DNA of 32,000 bases, from contig NZ_LOCN01000001.1 in the NCBI RefSeq assembly GCF_001574435.1, positions 297,801 to 329,800 on the forward strand, written 5' to 3'. The notes beneath the pieces are model-generated. The model ran no database searches. It saw nothing but the letters and a program-made list of their open reading frames with translations, and was not told where the DNA came from. The DNA is from Moritella sp. JT01 (GTDB lineage Bacteria; Pseudomonadota; Gammaproteobacteria; Enterobacterales; Moritellaceae). Of this stretch, positions 16,223 through 27,002 are shown piece by piece (position 1 is the first letter of the stretch; every line of letters begins with the position of its first letter). Made by a program: the position numbers and the translations under genes.

Positions 16223-17258
16223 TTCTAATAAACAAGTAGCCACAACGCCAAAGTTTGATGCAACGACCTTAACAGGTATTGAGCGCTCTGCGATCCTAAT
16301 GTTGAGTTTAAATGAAGCCGATGCTGCCACTATTTTTCGCCAGCTAGAGCCGAAACAAGTACAGCGCCTTGGTATGGCAATGGCATCAATGAAAGATTTT
16401 TCTCAGGTTAAAGTAGCAGGTGTACACCGTGCGTTCATTGATGACATTCAAAAGTTCACTAATATTGGCGTGGGCAGTGAAGACTTCGTTCGAAATGCAT
16501 TAACAGCTGCGCTGGGTGCTGACAAAGCCGGTAATCTGGTTGATCAAATTATCATGGGTAGTGGCGCTAAAGGTCTCGATTCATTGAAATGGATGGATGC
16601 ACGTCAGGTGGCTAGTATTATCCATAATGAGCATCCGCAGATCCAAACTATTGTATTATCTTATTTAGAACCAGAGCAGTCAGCTGAAATTTTATCGCAG
16701 TTCCCAGATAAAGTACGTATCGATTTAATGATGCGTATTGCTAATTTAGAAGAAGTACAGCCAGCCGCACTGCATGAATTAAACGAGATCATGGAGAAAC
16801 AGTTTGCTGGTCAATCTGGCGCTCAAGCCGCGAAGATGGGTGGCCTGAAAGCGGCCGCCAATATTATGAATTACCTCGATACCAATATCGAAGGCCAATT
16901 AATGGATGCTATTCGTGAGTCTGACGAAGAGATCAGTCAGCAGATCCAAGACCTTATGTTTGTGTTTGAAAATCTGATTGATGTGGATGACCGTGGTATT
17001 CAAGCATTACTGCGTGAAGTGGCACAAGAGCAATTACAAAAAGCACTTAAAGGTGCTGACGATCAGCTTAAAGATAAGATCTTTAAGAATATGTCGAAAC
17101 GTCAAGTTGAAATTCTGGAAGATGATCTGGAAGCGATGGGACCAATTCGTGTTAGCGAAGTGGAATCTGCGCAGAAAGAGATCTTATCAATCGCGCGTCG
17201 CTTAGCGGATAGTGGTGAAATTATGCTGGGTGGAGGTGGTGGTGATGATTTCTTATAA
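16215..17258 (+). CDS. fliG: Flagellar motor switch protein FliG
   Basis: 347 aa. LTGIERSAILMLSL, MFVFENL, torque-helix region EILEDDLEAMGPIRVSEVESAQKEIL. Overlaps the fliF stop by 8 nt. Confidence 0.93.
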   Translation: MPDSNKQVATTPKFDATTLTGIERSAILMLSLNEADAATIFRQLEPKQVQRLGMAMASMKDFSQVKVAGVHRAFIDDIQKFTNIGVGSEDFVRNALTAALGADKAGNLVDQIIMGSGAKGLDSLKWMDARQVASIIHNEHPQIQTIVLSYLEPEQSAEILSQFPDKVRIDLMMRIANLEEVQPAALHELNEIMEKQFAGQSGAQAAKMGGLKAAANIMNYLDTNIEGQLMDAIRESDEEISQQIQDLMFVFENLIDVDDRGIQALLREVAQEQLQKALKGADDQLKDKIFKNMSKRQVEILEDDLEAMGPIRVSEVESAQKEILSIARRLADSGEIMLGGGGGDDFL

Positions 17259-17285
17259 TAACATGATTATTAATGGTAAATTATC

Positions 17286-18089
17286 ATGACTGAGTCTTTG
17301 AAGCCAACGTTCGCACCGCTTGATAGTAGTGGTGAACATCAAATTGAAGATTGGTATTTACCGGACTTTGAAAATACGCAAGCTGCCGCACTGAATACTA
17401 ATGCGCTTGGTATGAAATCCGATTGGTATGAAGGTAAGCTTGCGCCAGGTGAACAGGTTGAAGAAGTTGAACCTCAGCCAATGACGGCCGAAGAACTTGA
17501 TGCGATACGCCAAGCGGCGTATGACGACGGTTACAATGAAGGGAAAGAGCAGGGCTATCAAGATGGATTTACGAGCGGTACCGCTGAAGGTCTTAGCCAA
17601 GGTGAAACGGAAGGTTTGGCGCAAGGTCTAGCGCAAGGCTTAGCTGATGGTCAGCAACAAATTGTTGATAAAGCGGCGGCTTGGGAGCAATTGCAAACGC
17701 AAATGCATACACCTCTTGCCGCGGTAAATAGCGAAGTTGAAAACGAATTAATTCGCGTAGCAACAGGCTTAGCAGAAGAATTAATTAAAACCGAAGTGAC
17801 GTTTAATCACGATATATTACTACAGACATTAAAGCTCGCGTTGGATGCTTTACCTGTGCTTGAACAAAAAATTACCATTACATTACATCCTGATGATTTA
17901 GCGGTGATTAATGAATACTATTCGGTTGAAGAGTGCGTAAAGCGTGATTGGGTATTAATTTCAGAGCCGATGATGAAACAAGGTGATCTGGTTATCAATA
18001 ACGAGGTATCTTCGGTCGAACTGTTAATGGAACAGCGTATAAAACAGATGATGCGTCAGTTCCTTATTGCTAATAAACCGGGTGCATAA
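17286..18089 (+). CDS. fliH: Flagellar export apparatus protein FliH
   Basis: 267 aa. Characteristic glycine-repeat segment ([41 protein letters not shown]). Positioned between fliG and fliI. Confidence 0.88.
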   Translation: MTESLKPTFAPLDSSGEHQIEDWYLPDFENTQAAALNTNALGMKSDWYEGKLAPGEQVEEVEPQPMTAEELDAIRQAAYDDGYNEGKEQGYQDGFTSGTAEGLSQGETEGLAQGLAQGLADGQQQIVDKAAAWEQLQTQMHTPLAAVNSEVENELIRVATGLAEELIKTEVTFNHDILLQTLKLALDALPVLEQKITITLHPDDLAVINEYYSVEECVKRDWVLISEPMMKQGDLVINNEVSSVELLMEQRIKQMMRQFLIANKPGA

Positions 18090-19426
18090 TGACGGAATTA
18101 CTGACTCGTTTACAACAACTAAAAACCGACTCATTGGCGAGTAAACCCACTGTCGCCGGTAAGCTGACGCGTGTCGTCGGCTTGACACTCGAAGCCGTTG
18201 GTTGCCGGGCTGCGATTGGCAGTTTGTGTTCTGTCGAAACCGATAATAGTTTGATGGATGCCGAGGTTGTCGGTTTTGATGGTGATAAGTTATTCTTAAT
18301 GCCCAGTGAACAGGTCACTGGTATTATTCCCGGCGCAAAAGTAACACCACTCAATGAAACCCAAGGTATTCCGGTTGGTATGGAACTACTTGGTAGGGTA
18401 TTAGATGGTGTCGGTAAACCGATTGATGGTAAAGGCGAGATCATTACTGGACAAACTACGTCTTTTACGGCCAAGCGTATTAATCCGTTGGCGCGTAAAA
18501 AAATATCACAACCACTTGATGTCGGCGTTAAAGCCATTAATGCCATGCTCACCGTAGGTCAAGGTCAGCGTATGGGGCTTTTCGCTGGTTCTGGTGTCGG
18601 TAAGAGTGTGTTGTTAGGTATGATGACGCGTGGTTCGACCGCTGACGTTGTGGTTGTCGGTTTAATTGGTGAGCGTGGCCGTGAAGTAAAAGAATTTATT
18701 GAAGAGATCCTCGGTGAAGAAGGGCTTGCGCGCTCTGTTGTTGTTGCTGCGCCTGCAGATTCATCACCACTGATGCGCCTAAAAGGTTGCGAAACATCAT
18801 TAGCGATAGCAGAATACTTCCGTGACCAAGGCTTGAATGTATTGCTGTTAATGGATTCATTAACCCGTTTTGCACAAGCGCAGCGTGAAATTGCTCTCGC
18901 GGTGGGAGAGCCTCCTGCAACGAAAGGTTATCCGCCATCAGTATTTGCAAAATTACCGCAGTTGGTGGAGCGTGCTGGTAATGGCAGTGAGGAGCAGGGC
19001 TCGATTACCGCATTCTTTACCGTATTAACCGAAGGTGATGATTTACAAGATCCCATTGCCGATGCATCACGCGCAATTCTTGATGGTCATATCGTATTGT
19101 CACGAGAGTTAACGGATGCTGGACACTATCCTGCGATTGATATTGAAAAGTCGATTAGCCGAGTTATGCCAATGGTCACAACTGATTTCCATCAAGCCGC
19201 CGCTCGTGGATTCAAGCAAGCTTACTCGCTATATCAGCAGAACAAAGATCTGGTTGCTATTGGTGCTTATAGTCAAGGTGCCGATGCTAAAATTGATCGC
19301 GCCATTCGTTTAAAACCAGCAATGGACCAATTCTTACAGCAAGGCATGAAAGAAGTTATTCCGTTCTCGCAATGTGAAGAAATGCTTGCTGCTATCGCGC
19401 CGCATCTCGGCGTGGCAACCTCATAA
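18089..19426 (+). CDS. fliI: Flagellum-specific ATPase FliI
   Basis: 445 aa. Walker A GSGVGKS, Walker [11 protein letters not shown], and PPSVF...ERAG typical of T3SS/F1-type ATPases. Confidence 0.95.
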   Translation: MTELLTRLQQLKTDSLASKPTVAGKLTRVVGLTLEAVGCRAAIGSLCSVETDNSLMDAEVVGFDGDKLFLMPSEQVTGIIPGAKVTPLNETQGIPVGMELLGRVLDGVGKPIDGKGEIITGQTTSFTAKRINPLARKKISQPLDVGVKAINAMLTVGQGQRMGLFAGSGVGKSVLLGMMTRGSTADVVVVGLIGERGREVKEFIEEILGEEGLARSVVVAAPADSSPLMRLKGCETSLAIAEYFRDQGLNVLLLMDSLTRFAQAQREIALAVGEPPATKGYPPSVFAKLPQLVERAGNGSEEQGSITAFFTVLTEGDDLQDPIADASRAILDGHIVLSRELTDAGHYPAIDIEKSISRVMPMVTTDFHQAAARGFKQAYSLYQQNKDLVAIGAYSQGADAKIDRAIRLKPAMDQFLQQGMKEVIPFSQCEEMLAAIAPHLGVATS

Positions 19427-19444
19427 TGAAACAGTGTCAATATA

Positions 19445-19891
19445 ATGTCTAATACAGCGCTACAACGAGTCTATCAGCAATTTGAAGAACAAGAAAAACA
19501 CGCCGCGAGAGCTTATGCGCTGATCCAACAAGATGCTGAGCGTTACCATAGTCAAATGCAGCAATTAAGTGATTATCGTAAACAATATTTACAGCAATTC
19601 ACTGAACGTGGGGAAGAAGGTATCTCAGGTAGTAGTTATGCGCATTATCATAACTTTATGAAAAAACTAGAATTAGCTGAATTTGAGCAGAAACAAGCAC
19701 TCGATAATATCAAACAAACAGTCAATAATAAGCATGCGGATTGGATGGAAATTCGTAAGAAGCGTGATGCGCTGGGTTTATTATTAGATAAACGCAAAGT
19801 CGCTGCACAGCTTGTCGAACAACGACGCGAGCAAAAAGATCTTGATGAATTTTCTAACTTCCAATATTTCAAGCGTAAAAATAACCGATAA
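19445..19891 (+). CDS. fliJ: Flagellar export chaperone/stalk protein FliJ
   Basis: 148 aa. Coiled-coil, Q/K/E-rich, DYRKQYLQQF. Positioned after fliI. Confidence 0.85.
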   Translation: MSNTALQRVYQQFEEQEKHAARAYALIQQDAERYHSQMQQLSDYRKQYLQQFTERGEEGISGSSYAHYHNFMKKLELAEFEQKQALDNIKQTVNNKHADWMEIRKKRDALGLLLDKRKVAAQLVEQRREQKDLDEFSNFQYFKRKNNR

Positions 19892-19950
19892 TACGATTAA
19901 TCTAGCCATATTTAGCGATTCATATTTTACCATCATTATTAATAGTAATT

Positions 19951-19966
19951 TGGCGTGAATTTTGCA
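19951..19966 (+). promoter_or_regulatory. Sigma54 (-24/-12) promoter for the fliK operon
   Basis: TGGCGT-GAATT-TTGCAT, 45 nt upstream of the fliK ATG. Confidence 0.75.
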
Positions 19967-20011
19967 TTTATTTCGCTATAACTTTTTATTGATGACATTT
20001 AGGCTTGAACT

Positions 20012-21601
20012 ATGACTTTCTCTCTACATAAATCAACAGCGATGACTGATACACAGGCGGCGAATAATAAATCGCAAGCGCTTAATGTCAAAGGCGATAC
20101 AGCTGAAAATATGGCGAGTGATGGGGAGTCGAGTACGCCTGAAAGTAGCTTTTCTAAGCTATTTTCTATCTTTAGTAGCAATAATAAAACAGATGCTATC
20201 GTCGGACAAACAGCCATTGATAGCGCTGATAATATAACGGTGGAGAGTGCGGCTGAGAGCTCTTTACTTAGTGCTGAGCCTGGTTCTGACGCGAGTATCG
20301 ATGATGGTTTTATCGCAGGGCGGATAGCTAAGACTAATGAGGTTGAAGCGATAGCTGGCGATGACTTAAATGTAATAAGCCAAGATGACAGCTTGCTTAA
20401 AAATGAAAGTAGCGATGACTTTTTGGCGCGTCTCGATCAATCATCTATGCTGTTGCAAAGTAATGCTGCGAGTGACGCAGGGGCATATATTCAGGGTAAA
20501 GCTAACGGTAATGAATTGCCTTTACAAGCAAAGGGGGCGAATATTGCCTCATCAGCCCCCGTTAGTATGACTGACTTATCCACGCCAGATAGTCGTGTGG
20601 CAGGTACGACGGATGTTAGTAATAATGAGCTGACACAAGTATTGCAAATGAGCGCGTTATCTACAGAGCTAACAGCTCTAACAGATTCAACAGATTCAAT
20701 AGATTCAATAGATTCAATAGATTCAATAGATTCAACAGATACGATCACAGCGTCAACGTTAGTCGGTATGTCGACAGTCGCTGGCCTTACTGATAATAAT
20801 CCTCGATTTACGCAAGGCGATTTATTAGCTACGGGCGATTCAATTAATGATGATGGCACACTTGATCCTGAACTCTTAGGTGGCGCTGGGAAGGTAAACT
20901 TAGCCACTGGTTTTGGCGAAACAGGGTTGGCGAAAAATAAACCTGTTGGTCAAGCTAATGGCATGGCCGCAGGGATCAGCAGTGCAGTAACAGAGAGTAA
21001 TTCAGCACTAGAACAGCTGGATATGACATCGCCTGAACCCATTGAGCAATTAGATTTTGCGCAAATTATGGAATCAGCACGTAAGCAAGAGCCGTTAGAC
21101 CAAACCACTCGTACCTTGGTAAAGACACCAGTATTAACGGACGCGGAACAACAAGTATTAGAGAAACGGGTTAATCTTAATAACAATCTCGCGACCTCTG
21201 AATTAAATGAAAAAATCGCTATTATGGCGGGTAAAGAATTACAAACAGCGACAATCCGCTTAGACCCGGCAGAATTAGGTAGTATGAATATCAAATTGGT
21301 TGTGCAAAACGATCAAATACATGTGACAATTCAAGCGCAGAATAATCAAAGCCGCGATTTACTTGAACAACAAATGCCGAGATTACGAGAAATGTTACAG
21401 CAACAGGGCATGACACTGGGTGAGACGCAAGTGCAAGCCGACAATGGGCAGCAGCAATCTGCATTTCAACAGTCAAGACAAGAAAACGGACAAAAAAATA
21501 GCAATAACGAAGCGAATTATACGATAGATTCACAGACTGAAGTCCCTGTTACTACTCAGTATTGGCAAGACTCGGCTAAAGGGGTAGACTTTTACGCCTA
21601 A
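20012..21601 (+). CDS. fliK: Flagellar hook-length control protein FliK
   Basis: 529 aa. Low-complexity S/T/D/A-rich N-terminal and central ruler region. Conserved C-terminal T3S4 domain (ATIRLDPAELGSMNIKLVVQNDQIHVTIQAQNNQSRDLLEQQMPRLREMLQQQG). Confidence 0.88.
   Translation: MTFSLHKSTAMTDTQAANNKSQALNVKGDTAENMASDGESSTPESSFSKLFSIFSSNNKTDAIVGQTAIDSADNITVESAAESSLLSAEPGSDASIDDGFIAGRIAKTNEVEAIAGDDLNVISQDDSLLKNESSDDFLARLDQSSMLLQSNAASDAGAYIQGKANGNELPLQAKGANIASSAPVSMTDLSTPDSRVAGTTDVSNNELTQVLQMSALSTELTALTDSTDSIDSIDSIDSIDSTDTITASTLVGMSTVAGLTDNNPRFTQGDLLATGDSINDDGTLDPELLGGAGKVNLATGFGETGLAKNKPVGQANGMAAGISSAVTESNSALEQLDMTSPEPIEQLDFAQIMESARKQEPLDQTTRTLVKTPVLTDAEQQVLEKRVNLNNNLATSELNEKIAIMAGKELQTATIRLDPAELGSMNIKLVVQNDQIHVTIQAQNNQSRDLLEQQMPRLREMLQQQGMTLGETQVQADNGQQQSAFQQSRQENGQKNSNNEANYTIDSQTEVPVTTQYWQDSAKGVDFYA
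20681..20740 (+). repeat. In-frame 9-bp tandem repeat, about 6.7 copies (A[C/T]AGATTCA, encoding (T/I)DS)
   Basis: acagattca acagattca atagattca atagattca atagattca atagattca acagat, translated TDSTDSIDSIDSIDSIDSTD, inside the fliK ruler region. Confidence 0.95.
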
Positions 21602-21655
21602 ACAGTTTAATTAGCATTTATTTAGCGTAATATAAGATTCGATTTAAGGACGATA

Positions 21656-22165
21656 ATGGCCGACGACAACGATTTGAAAATAGATGATAAAAGTAAAGGT
21701 AATAAAAAAATCATTATTATTGCGGTGATTTTAATATTAACGCTTGCAGGGGCTGGCGCGGCGTTTTTCTTTTTAAGTGGGGATGATAGAGACACTACCG
21801 ATAGCGCAGAACCTGTGACTGAAAGTGTCGATAGAAGTGTAACTGAAACGGCATATTATGTTGCTATGCCACGTCCTTTTGTTTTTAATATTATAGGATT
21901 AAAACGCGAACGCTTAGTGCAGATTAAAGTTCAATTAATGGTACGCGGTAGTGACAATCAAAAATTAGCGAAAACCAATGTCCCTTTAATTGAAAGTACC
22001 TTGTTGCAAGTTTTTAGCGCAACCACAGAGCAGCAGCTCGCTACATATGAAGGCAAAGAATTATTGCGTTCAGATTCATTGCTGAGTGTGCATGAAATTT
22101 TGATTAAATATACTGGAAAAAGGGTTGTTGAAAAGATCCTATTTTCTGGTTTTGTAATGCAGTAG
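21656..22165 (+). CDS. fliL: Flagellar basal-body-associated protein FliL
   Basis: 169 aa. Single N-terminal TM (KIIIIAVILILTLAGAGAAFFFL). FliL-type periplasmic domain (YYVAMPRPFVFNI...LVQIKVQLMV). Confidence 0.88.
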   Translation: MADDNDLKIDDKSKGNKKIIIIAVILILTLAGAGAAFFFLSGDDRDTTDSAEPVTESVDRSVTETAYYVAMPRPFVFNIIGLKRERLVQIKVQLMVRGSDNQKLAKTNVPLIESTLLQVFSATTEQQLATYEGKELLRSDSLLSVHEILIKYTGKRVVEKILFSGFVMQ

Positions 22166-22172
22166 GTTATGT

Positions 22173-23219
22173 GTGAGTGATTTATTAAGTCAAGACGAGA
22201 TTGATGCGCTATTACACGGTGTTGATGATGTTGAAGAAGATGAGTTTGACTCCGTAGAAGAGAGTGGCAATATTGTCGATTTTGACTTTTCATCGCAAGA
22301 CCGTATTGTGCGTGGACGTATGCCTACGCTGGAGTTGGTGAATGAACGTTTCGCACGGCATATGCGGATCAGCCTATTTAATATGATGCGTCGTACAGCC
22401 GAAGTGTCCATTAATGGCGTGCAGATGCTGAAGTTTGGTGAGTATGTTCACACATTATTCGTACCAACCAGTTTAAACATGGTACGTTTTCGTCCATTAA
22501 AAGGCACGGCGTTAGTCACCATGGAAGCACGGTTAGTGTTTATTTTGGTCGAAAACTTTTTTGGTGGTGATGGTCGTTATCATGCAAAAATTGAAGGTCG
22601 TGAATTTACGCCAACCGAACGCCGTATTATTCAAATGCTATTAAAGATTGTCTTTGAAGATTATCACGAGGCATGGGCACCGGTTATGGATGCGGAATTT
22701 GAATATCTTGATTCTGAAGTAAACCCGGCAATGGCAAATATTGTAAGTCCCACCGAAGTGGTGGTGGTGAGTTCATTCCATATCGAGCTTGATGGCGGTG
22801 GTGGTGATTTCCATATTACCATGCCATATTCTATGCTCGAACCGATTCGTGAGTTGCTCGACGCGGGTGTGCAAAGTGATAAAGAGGATACTGACGAACG
22901 TTGGAGCTCGGCATTACAAGAAGAAATTTTAGATGTTCCGGTAGAGTTAAGTACAAGATTGCTTGAAACTGAGCTTTCATTAAGGCAGATCATGGAATTG
23001 AAAGCGGGGGATATCATCCCGATTGATATGCCAGAAGACCTTACCGTTTTTATTGAAGATTTACCGAGTTATAAAGCCAAACTTGGCCGAAATAGAGATA
23101 ACGTTGCGGTTAAGATTAGTAAAAAGTTAAAAGTAAGTAATTTAACTAAATCAGAGATTGACCACGTTGCATTACGTGGTGGGCTATTGAATTTAGGCGA
23201 TAAAAATGACGATAAATAA
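22173..23219 (+). CDS. fliM: Flagellar motor switch protein FliM
   Basis: 348 aa. GTG start. N-terminal CheY-P binding motif LSQDEIDALL. GGXG motif (ELDGGGGDFHITMPYS). C-terminal SpoA domain. Confidence 0.94.
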   Translation: MSDLLSQDEIDALLHGVDDVEEDEFDSVEESGNIVDFDFSSQDRIVRGRMPTLELVNERFARHMRISLFNMMRRTAEVSINGVQMLKFGEYVHTLFVPTSLNMVRFRPLKGTALVTMEARLVFILVENFFGGDGRYHAKIEGREFTPTERRIIQMLLKIVFEDYHEAWAPVMDAEFEYLDSEVNPAMANIVSPTEVVVVSSFHIELDGGGGDFHITMPYSMLEPIRELLDAGVQSDKEDTDERWSSALQEEILDVPVELSTRLLETELSLRQIMELKAGDIIPIDMPEDLTVFIEDLPSYKAKLGRNRDNVAVKISKKLKVSNLTKSEIDHVALRGGLLNLGDKNDDK

Positions 23220-23228
23220 GGTATTGAC

Positions 23229-23612
23229 ATGAGTACAGATCAAGATCAGATGGCAAATGATTGGGCTGCAGCAATGGCTGAGCAAAGCAGTGTTGAGGCC
23301 ACTGAATTAGAAGATTTTAACAATGATGAGGTTCCATTCTCGGCGGTCCAGCAACAAAAGCTAGACAGTATTCTTGATATTCCAGTTGTGATTTCGATGG
23401 AAGTTGGTCGTAGTAAAATTAGTATTCGTAATTTATTACAGTTAAACCAAGGCTCTGTTGTTGAACTCGATCGCATTGCGGGTGAACCGCTCGATGTCAT
23501 GGTTAACGGTACATTGATTGCTCACGGTGAAGTCGTTGTCGTCAATGATAAATTTGGTATTCGTTTAACTGACGTTATCAGTCAAACCGAACGTATTAAA
23601 AAGCTTAAATAA
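23229..23612 (+). CDS. fliN: Flagellar motor switch protein FliN
   Basis: 127 aa. SpoA domain LLQLNQGSVVELDRIAGEPLDVMVNGTLIAHGEVVVVNDKFGIRLTDV. Confidence 0.93.
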   Translation: MSTDQDQMANDWAAAMAEQSSVEATELEDFNNDEVPFSAVQQQKLDSILDIPVVISMEVGRSKISIRNLLQLNQGSVVELDRIAGEPLDVMVNGTLIAHGEVVVVNDKFGIRLTDVISQTERIKKLK

Positions 23613-23613
23613 T

Positions 23614-23937
23614 ATGAACGATATCGATATGCTGCAATGGCTATTATCATTGCTTGTAGTTATTGCGGTTATCGTAATACTCGCTTTTTTGGCGAAAAAG
23701 GCGCGTGTATTTGGCAGTAATCACCAACAGCTAAACGTTGTCGCAACATTACCGCTAGGGCCGAAAGAACGTATCATGGTCGTACAAGTGGGGTCAGAAC
23801 AAGTGCTACTAGGTGTGACAGGACAACAAATCAATCTGCTCAAAGAACTTGAACAACCACTGGTAAATAGCCAACCAGAACTCAATCCATTTGCTACTAA
23901 ATTAGCCCAGATGATGAAACAGCATAATGAAAAATAA
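23614..23937 (+). CDS. fliO: Flagellar biosynthesis protein FliO
   Basis: 107 aa. Single TM ([20 protein letters not shown]). ...[24 protein letters not shown] motif. Positioned between fliN and fliP. Confidence 0.85.
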   Translation: MNDIDMLQWLLSLLVVIAVIVILAFLAKKARVFGSNHQQLNVVATLPLGPKERIMVVQVGSEQVLLGVTGQQINLLKELEQPLVNSQPELNPFATKLAQMMKQHNEK

Positions 23938-24673
23938 GTTTACGGTATTACTGTCGCTGGTACTGCTCTTCTTCACTTCTGCTGCATGGGCTGATAATTC
24001 GGTGATGTCGGCGGTGAAAGTGATCACAAACAGTGATGGCTCACAGGAATATTCGGTGTCATTGCAAATTTTAGCCATGATGACGGCGCTGAGTTTTCTA
24101 CCCGCTGCGCTGATCATGATGACCTCTTTTACTCGCATCATCATTGTACTGTCTATTTTACGCCAAGCCTTAGGGTTACAACAAAGCCCCTCTAATCAAG
24201 TATTAGTGGGTATCACTTTATTCCTGTCCTTTTTCATTATGTCGCCTGTATTTGAGCGTATTAATGACAATGCGCTACAGCCTTATTTGAGTGAAGAACT
24301 GACCTCGATGCAAGCCTTTGAACAGGCTAAATTGCCGATGCAACAATTCATGTTGGCACAAACCCGGGTGACCGATATTGATACCTTCATGCGGATAGCG
24401 AAAGTCGAAGCTAATTCTCCAGAAGAAGTCCCTTTCCGCGTATTGATCCCCGCATTTGTTACCAGCGAATTAAAAACCGCCTTTCAAATTGGATTTATGG
24501 TGTTCATTCCATTTTTGATTATTGACTTGGTAGTGGCGAGTATTTTGATGGCGATGGGTATGATGATGTTATCTCCGATGATTGTTTCATTACCTTTTAA
24601 GCTTATGTTGTTCGTGTTAGTCGATGGCTGGAGTTTAATTATGGGCACGCTTGCGGCTAGTTTTGGTTTATGA
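23927..24673 (+). CDS. fliP: Flagellar export gate protein FliP
   Basis: 248 aa. Signal peptide, then [42 protein letters not shown], which is highly conserved in FliP. Overlaps fliO by 11 nt. Confidence 0.94.
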   Translation: MKNKFTVLLSLVLLFFTSAAWADNSVMSAVKVITNSDGSQEYSVSLQILAMMTALSFLPAALIMMTSFTRIIIVLSILRQALGLQQSPSNQVLVGITLFLSFFIMSPVFERINDNALQPYLSEELTSMQAFEQAKLPMQQFMLAQTRVTDIDTFMRIAKVEANSPEEVPFRVLIPAFVTSELKTAFQIGFMVFIPFLIIDLVVASILMAMGMMMLSPMIVSLPFKLMLFVLVDGWSLIMGTLAASFGL

Positions 24674-24739
24674 CGACGCTCTTTATATACAAGTTCATCA
24701 ATCGGCTTATAAGCCTGTTAATAAGTAATAGGGAGCATC

Positions 24740-25009
24740 ATGGCACCTGAAGTCTTTGTCGATATATTTAGACAAGCATTATGGACCGTATTACTGCTGG
24801 TATGTGCGGTTGTTGTTCCGGGGTTATTAGTCGGTTTAGTGGTCTCTGTCTTTCAGGCCGCGACCTCAATTAATGAACAAACATTAAGTTTCTTACCACG
24901 TTTAATCGCGACCTTGTTGGCACTCATTTATGGTGCGCATTGGGGCTTTGCCCGTTTGATGGATTTTTTTACCAATATGATGCTCCAGATCCCACAAGTT
25001 GTAGGCTAA
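24740..25009 (+). CDS. fliQ: Flagellar export gate protein FliQ
   Basis: 89 aa. VSVFQAATSINEQTLSFLPRLIA motif. Confidence 0.93.
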   Translation: MAPEVFVDIFRQALWTVLLLVCAVVVPGLLVGLVVSVFQAATSINEQTLSFLPRLIATLLALIYGAHWGFARLMDFFTNMMLQIPQVVG

Positions 25010-25012
25010 TTA

Positions 25013-25798
25013 GTGGAGATTCTATCGGCTGATATTATGACGTTTATGGCCAGTTATATTTGGCCGTTTGCACGCCTTTCTGGCATGGTTATGGTCATGA
25101 TAGTCAGTGGTGCGAAAACAACGCCACCCATGATCCGGTTATTTTACTGTCTTGCGCTCACCGCGATGGTCGCGCCTGTATTACCACCTATGCCTAATGT
25201 CGAACTGTTCTCTTTGGGCAGTTTTATGATTATCCTGCAACAGAGTCTGATTGGTATTGCGATTGGTTTTGTCACCGTCATGCTGATTCAGACATTTGTT
25301 ATTGCGGGGCAAATTATTGCGATGCAAACCAGTTTAGGTTTCGCTGCGATGGCCGATCCTGGATCCGGTCAGACTTCACCTGTTATTGGTCAAATCTATA
25401 TTTTATTAGGCACTCTGGTTTATCTATCCGTTAATGGTCATTTATTTATGATCGAAACAGTCGTTAAATCTTTTGAGACACTTCCGGTGTCCGCGTCTGG
25501 TTTAATGGCTGTTCAGTACTATGAAATAGCGGGCTGGATGTCGGTAATGATCGCTGCTGCATTGAGTATGTCATTGTCTGCGGTTGTTGCTATGCTCGTG
25601 ATTAACTTTTCATTTGGTGTGATGACCAAAGCTGCACCGCAACTAAATGTATTTAGTTTAGGTTTCGCGGTTGGTATGGTGGCAGGCTTATTTATTATTT
25701 ACTTATCATTAAAAAGTTTTATGTTTCATTTTAATGCCCAATGGCAGAGAGCGGGTGAATTGATTTGTTCGCTGCTCAATAATGCTTGTGCGTATTAA
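25013..25798 (+). CDS. fliR: Flagellar export gate protein FliR
   Basis: 261 aa. GTG start. Polytopic membrane protein with the FliR motif MTKAAPQLNVFSLGF. Confidence 0.92.
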   Translation: MEILSADIMTFMASYIWPFARLSGMVMVMIVSGAKTTPPMIRLFYCLALTAMVAPVLPPMPNVELFSLGSFMIILQQSLIGIAIGFVTVMLIQTFVIAGQIIAMQTSLGFAAMADPGSGQTSPVIGQIYILLGTLVYLSVNGHLFMIETVVKSFETLPVSASGLMAVQYYEIAGWMSVMIAAALSMSLSAVVAMLVINFSFGVMTKAAPQLNVFSLGFAVGMVAGLFIIYLSLKSFMFHFNAQWQRAGELICSLLNNACAY

Positions 25799-25833
25799 CG
25801 CCGCTCACCACATTAGGATAAAGGTATTTCCTC

Positions 25834-26964
25834 ATGGCTGAAAAAGACGGACAGGAACAAACCGAAGACGCCACCGAGAAAAAGATCACCCAAGCCAGAG
25901 AGAAAGGTCAGGTAGTACGTTCGAAAGAACTCGCGACGACCTTGGTACTGACGGCAAGTGGTGCCGCTTTCCTTGCTTTTGGTGATGCACTCGCCCGTGC
26001 GCTAGTGACTAATATGACGCGTTTATTTAAACTCGACCGTGAAGATGTATTCAATCCTGATGCCTTGATCGAAATTGTTGGCGCGAGTGTTAAACCGTTA
26101 TTTTGGCCCCTGTTCGGTATTATGATTGTGGGATTTTTTGCCGGTATTATTGGTAATGTTATGATGGGGGGCATGGTTTTTAGTGGGGAATCTATTCGTC
26201 CGAAAGCATCAAAAATGTCACCTAAAGCAGGTCTTAAAAGAATGATGGGACCGCAAGCCATGGTTGAATTGATTAAATCAATTGCCAAGGTTACGGTTGT
26301 CGTGACGATTGCCTTGTTGGTGCTAAAAGTGCAGTTTTTACAGATTATGGAGTTTAGTCTCCAGCCATTGCATATTTCGATTGTCCAATCGCTGAGTTTT
26401 TTGACTGATATTTTTATTTGGTTGTGTGCATCTTTGATTATTATTGTCGCGATTGATGTGCCTTACCAATATTGGAAACATGCGAAAGAATTGCGGATGA
26501 CCAAGCAAGAAGTTAAAGATGAAATGAAAGATGTGAATGGTAATCCACAGTTAAAAGGCAAGATCCGACAAATGCAGATGGAGGTATCGCAACGTCGTAT
26601 GATGGGTGATGTTCCTGACGCTGATGTGATTATTACCAATCCAACACATTATTCTGTGGCGTTAAAATATGAAAAAACCGGTAACACCGCCCCTAAAGTT
26701 GTGGCTAAAGGTGTTGATCAAGTGGCATTCCGTATTCGTGAAATGGCGAAAGAACACAAAGTACCAATCTTAGAGTCTGCGGCTTTAACACGTGCTATTT
26801 ATCATACCACTGAGATTGATGATCCAATACCTGAAGGGTTATTTATCGCGGTAGCACAGATACTTGCCTATGTTTATCAGCTTGAACAATTTAAACAACG
26901 TAAAGGTAATCGGCCTAAACCGCTACCAAAAACCATAGATATTCCTGATGACCTAAAATATTAG
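25834..26964 (+). CDS. flhB: Flagellar export switch protein FlhB
   Basis: 376 aa. N-terminus EQTEDATEKKITQAREKGQVVRSKEL. Four TM segments. NPTH autocleavage site (ITNPTHYSVALKY). Confidence 0.94.
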   Translation: MAEKDGQEQTEDATEKKITQAREKGQVVRSKELATTLVLTASGAAFLAFGDALARALVTNMTRLFKLDREDVFNPDALIEIVGASVKPLFWPLFGIMIVGFFAGIIGNVMMGGMVFSGESIRPKASKMSPKAGLKRMMGPQAMVELIKSIAKVTVVVTIALLVLKVQFLQIMEFSLQPLHISIVQSLSFLTDIFIWLCASLIIIVAIDVPYQYWKHAKELRMTKQEVKDEMKDVNGNPQLKGKIRQMQMEVSQRRMMGDVPDADVIITNPTHYSVALKYEKTGNTAPKVVAKGVDQVAFRIREMAKEHKVPILESAALTRAIYHTTEIDDPIPEGLFIAVAQILAYVYQLEQFKQRKGNRPKPLPKTIDIPDDLKY

Positions 26965-27002
26965 TGTCATTTGTGGACTTCAACACTGAATGCTTTTGCC
27001 TT

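Noticed and set aside
20681-20740. Short tandem repeat as a possible CRISPR or other array
   Set aside because: The 9-bp units are contiguous with no spacers, in frame within fliK, and translate to a coherent (T/I)DS peptide repeat. This is a coding microsatellite, not a CRISPR array.
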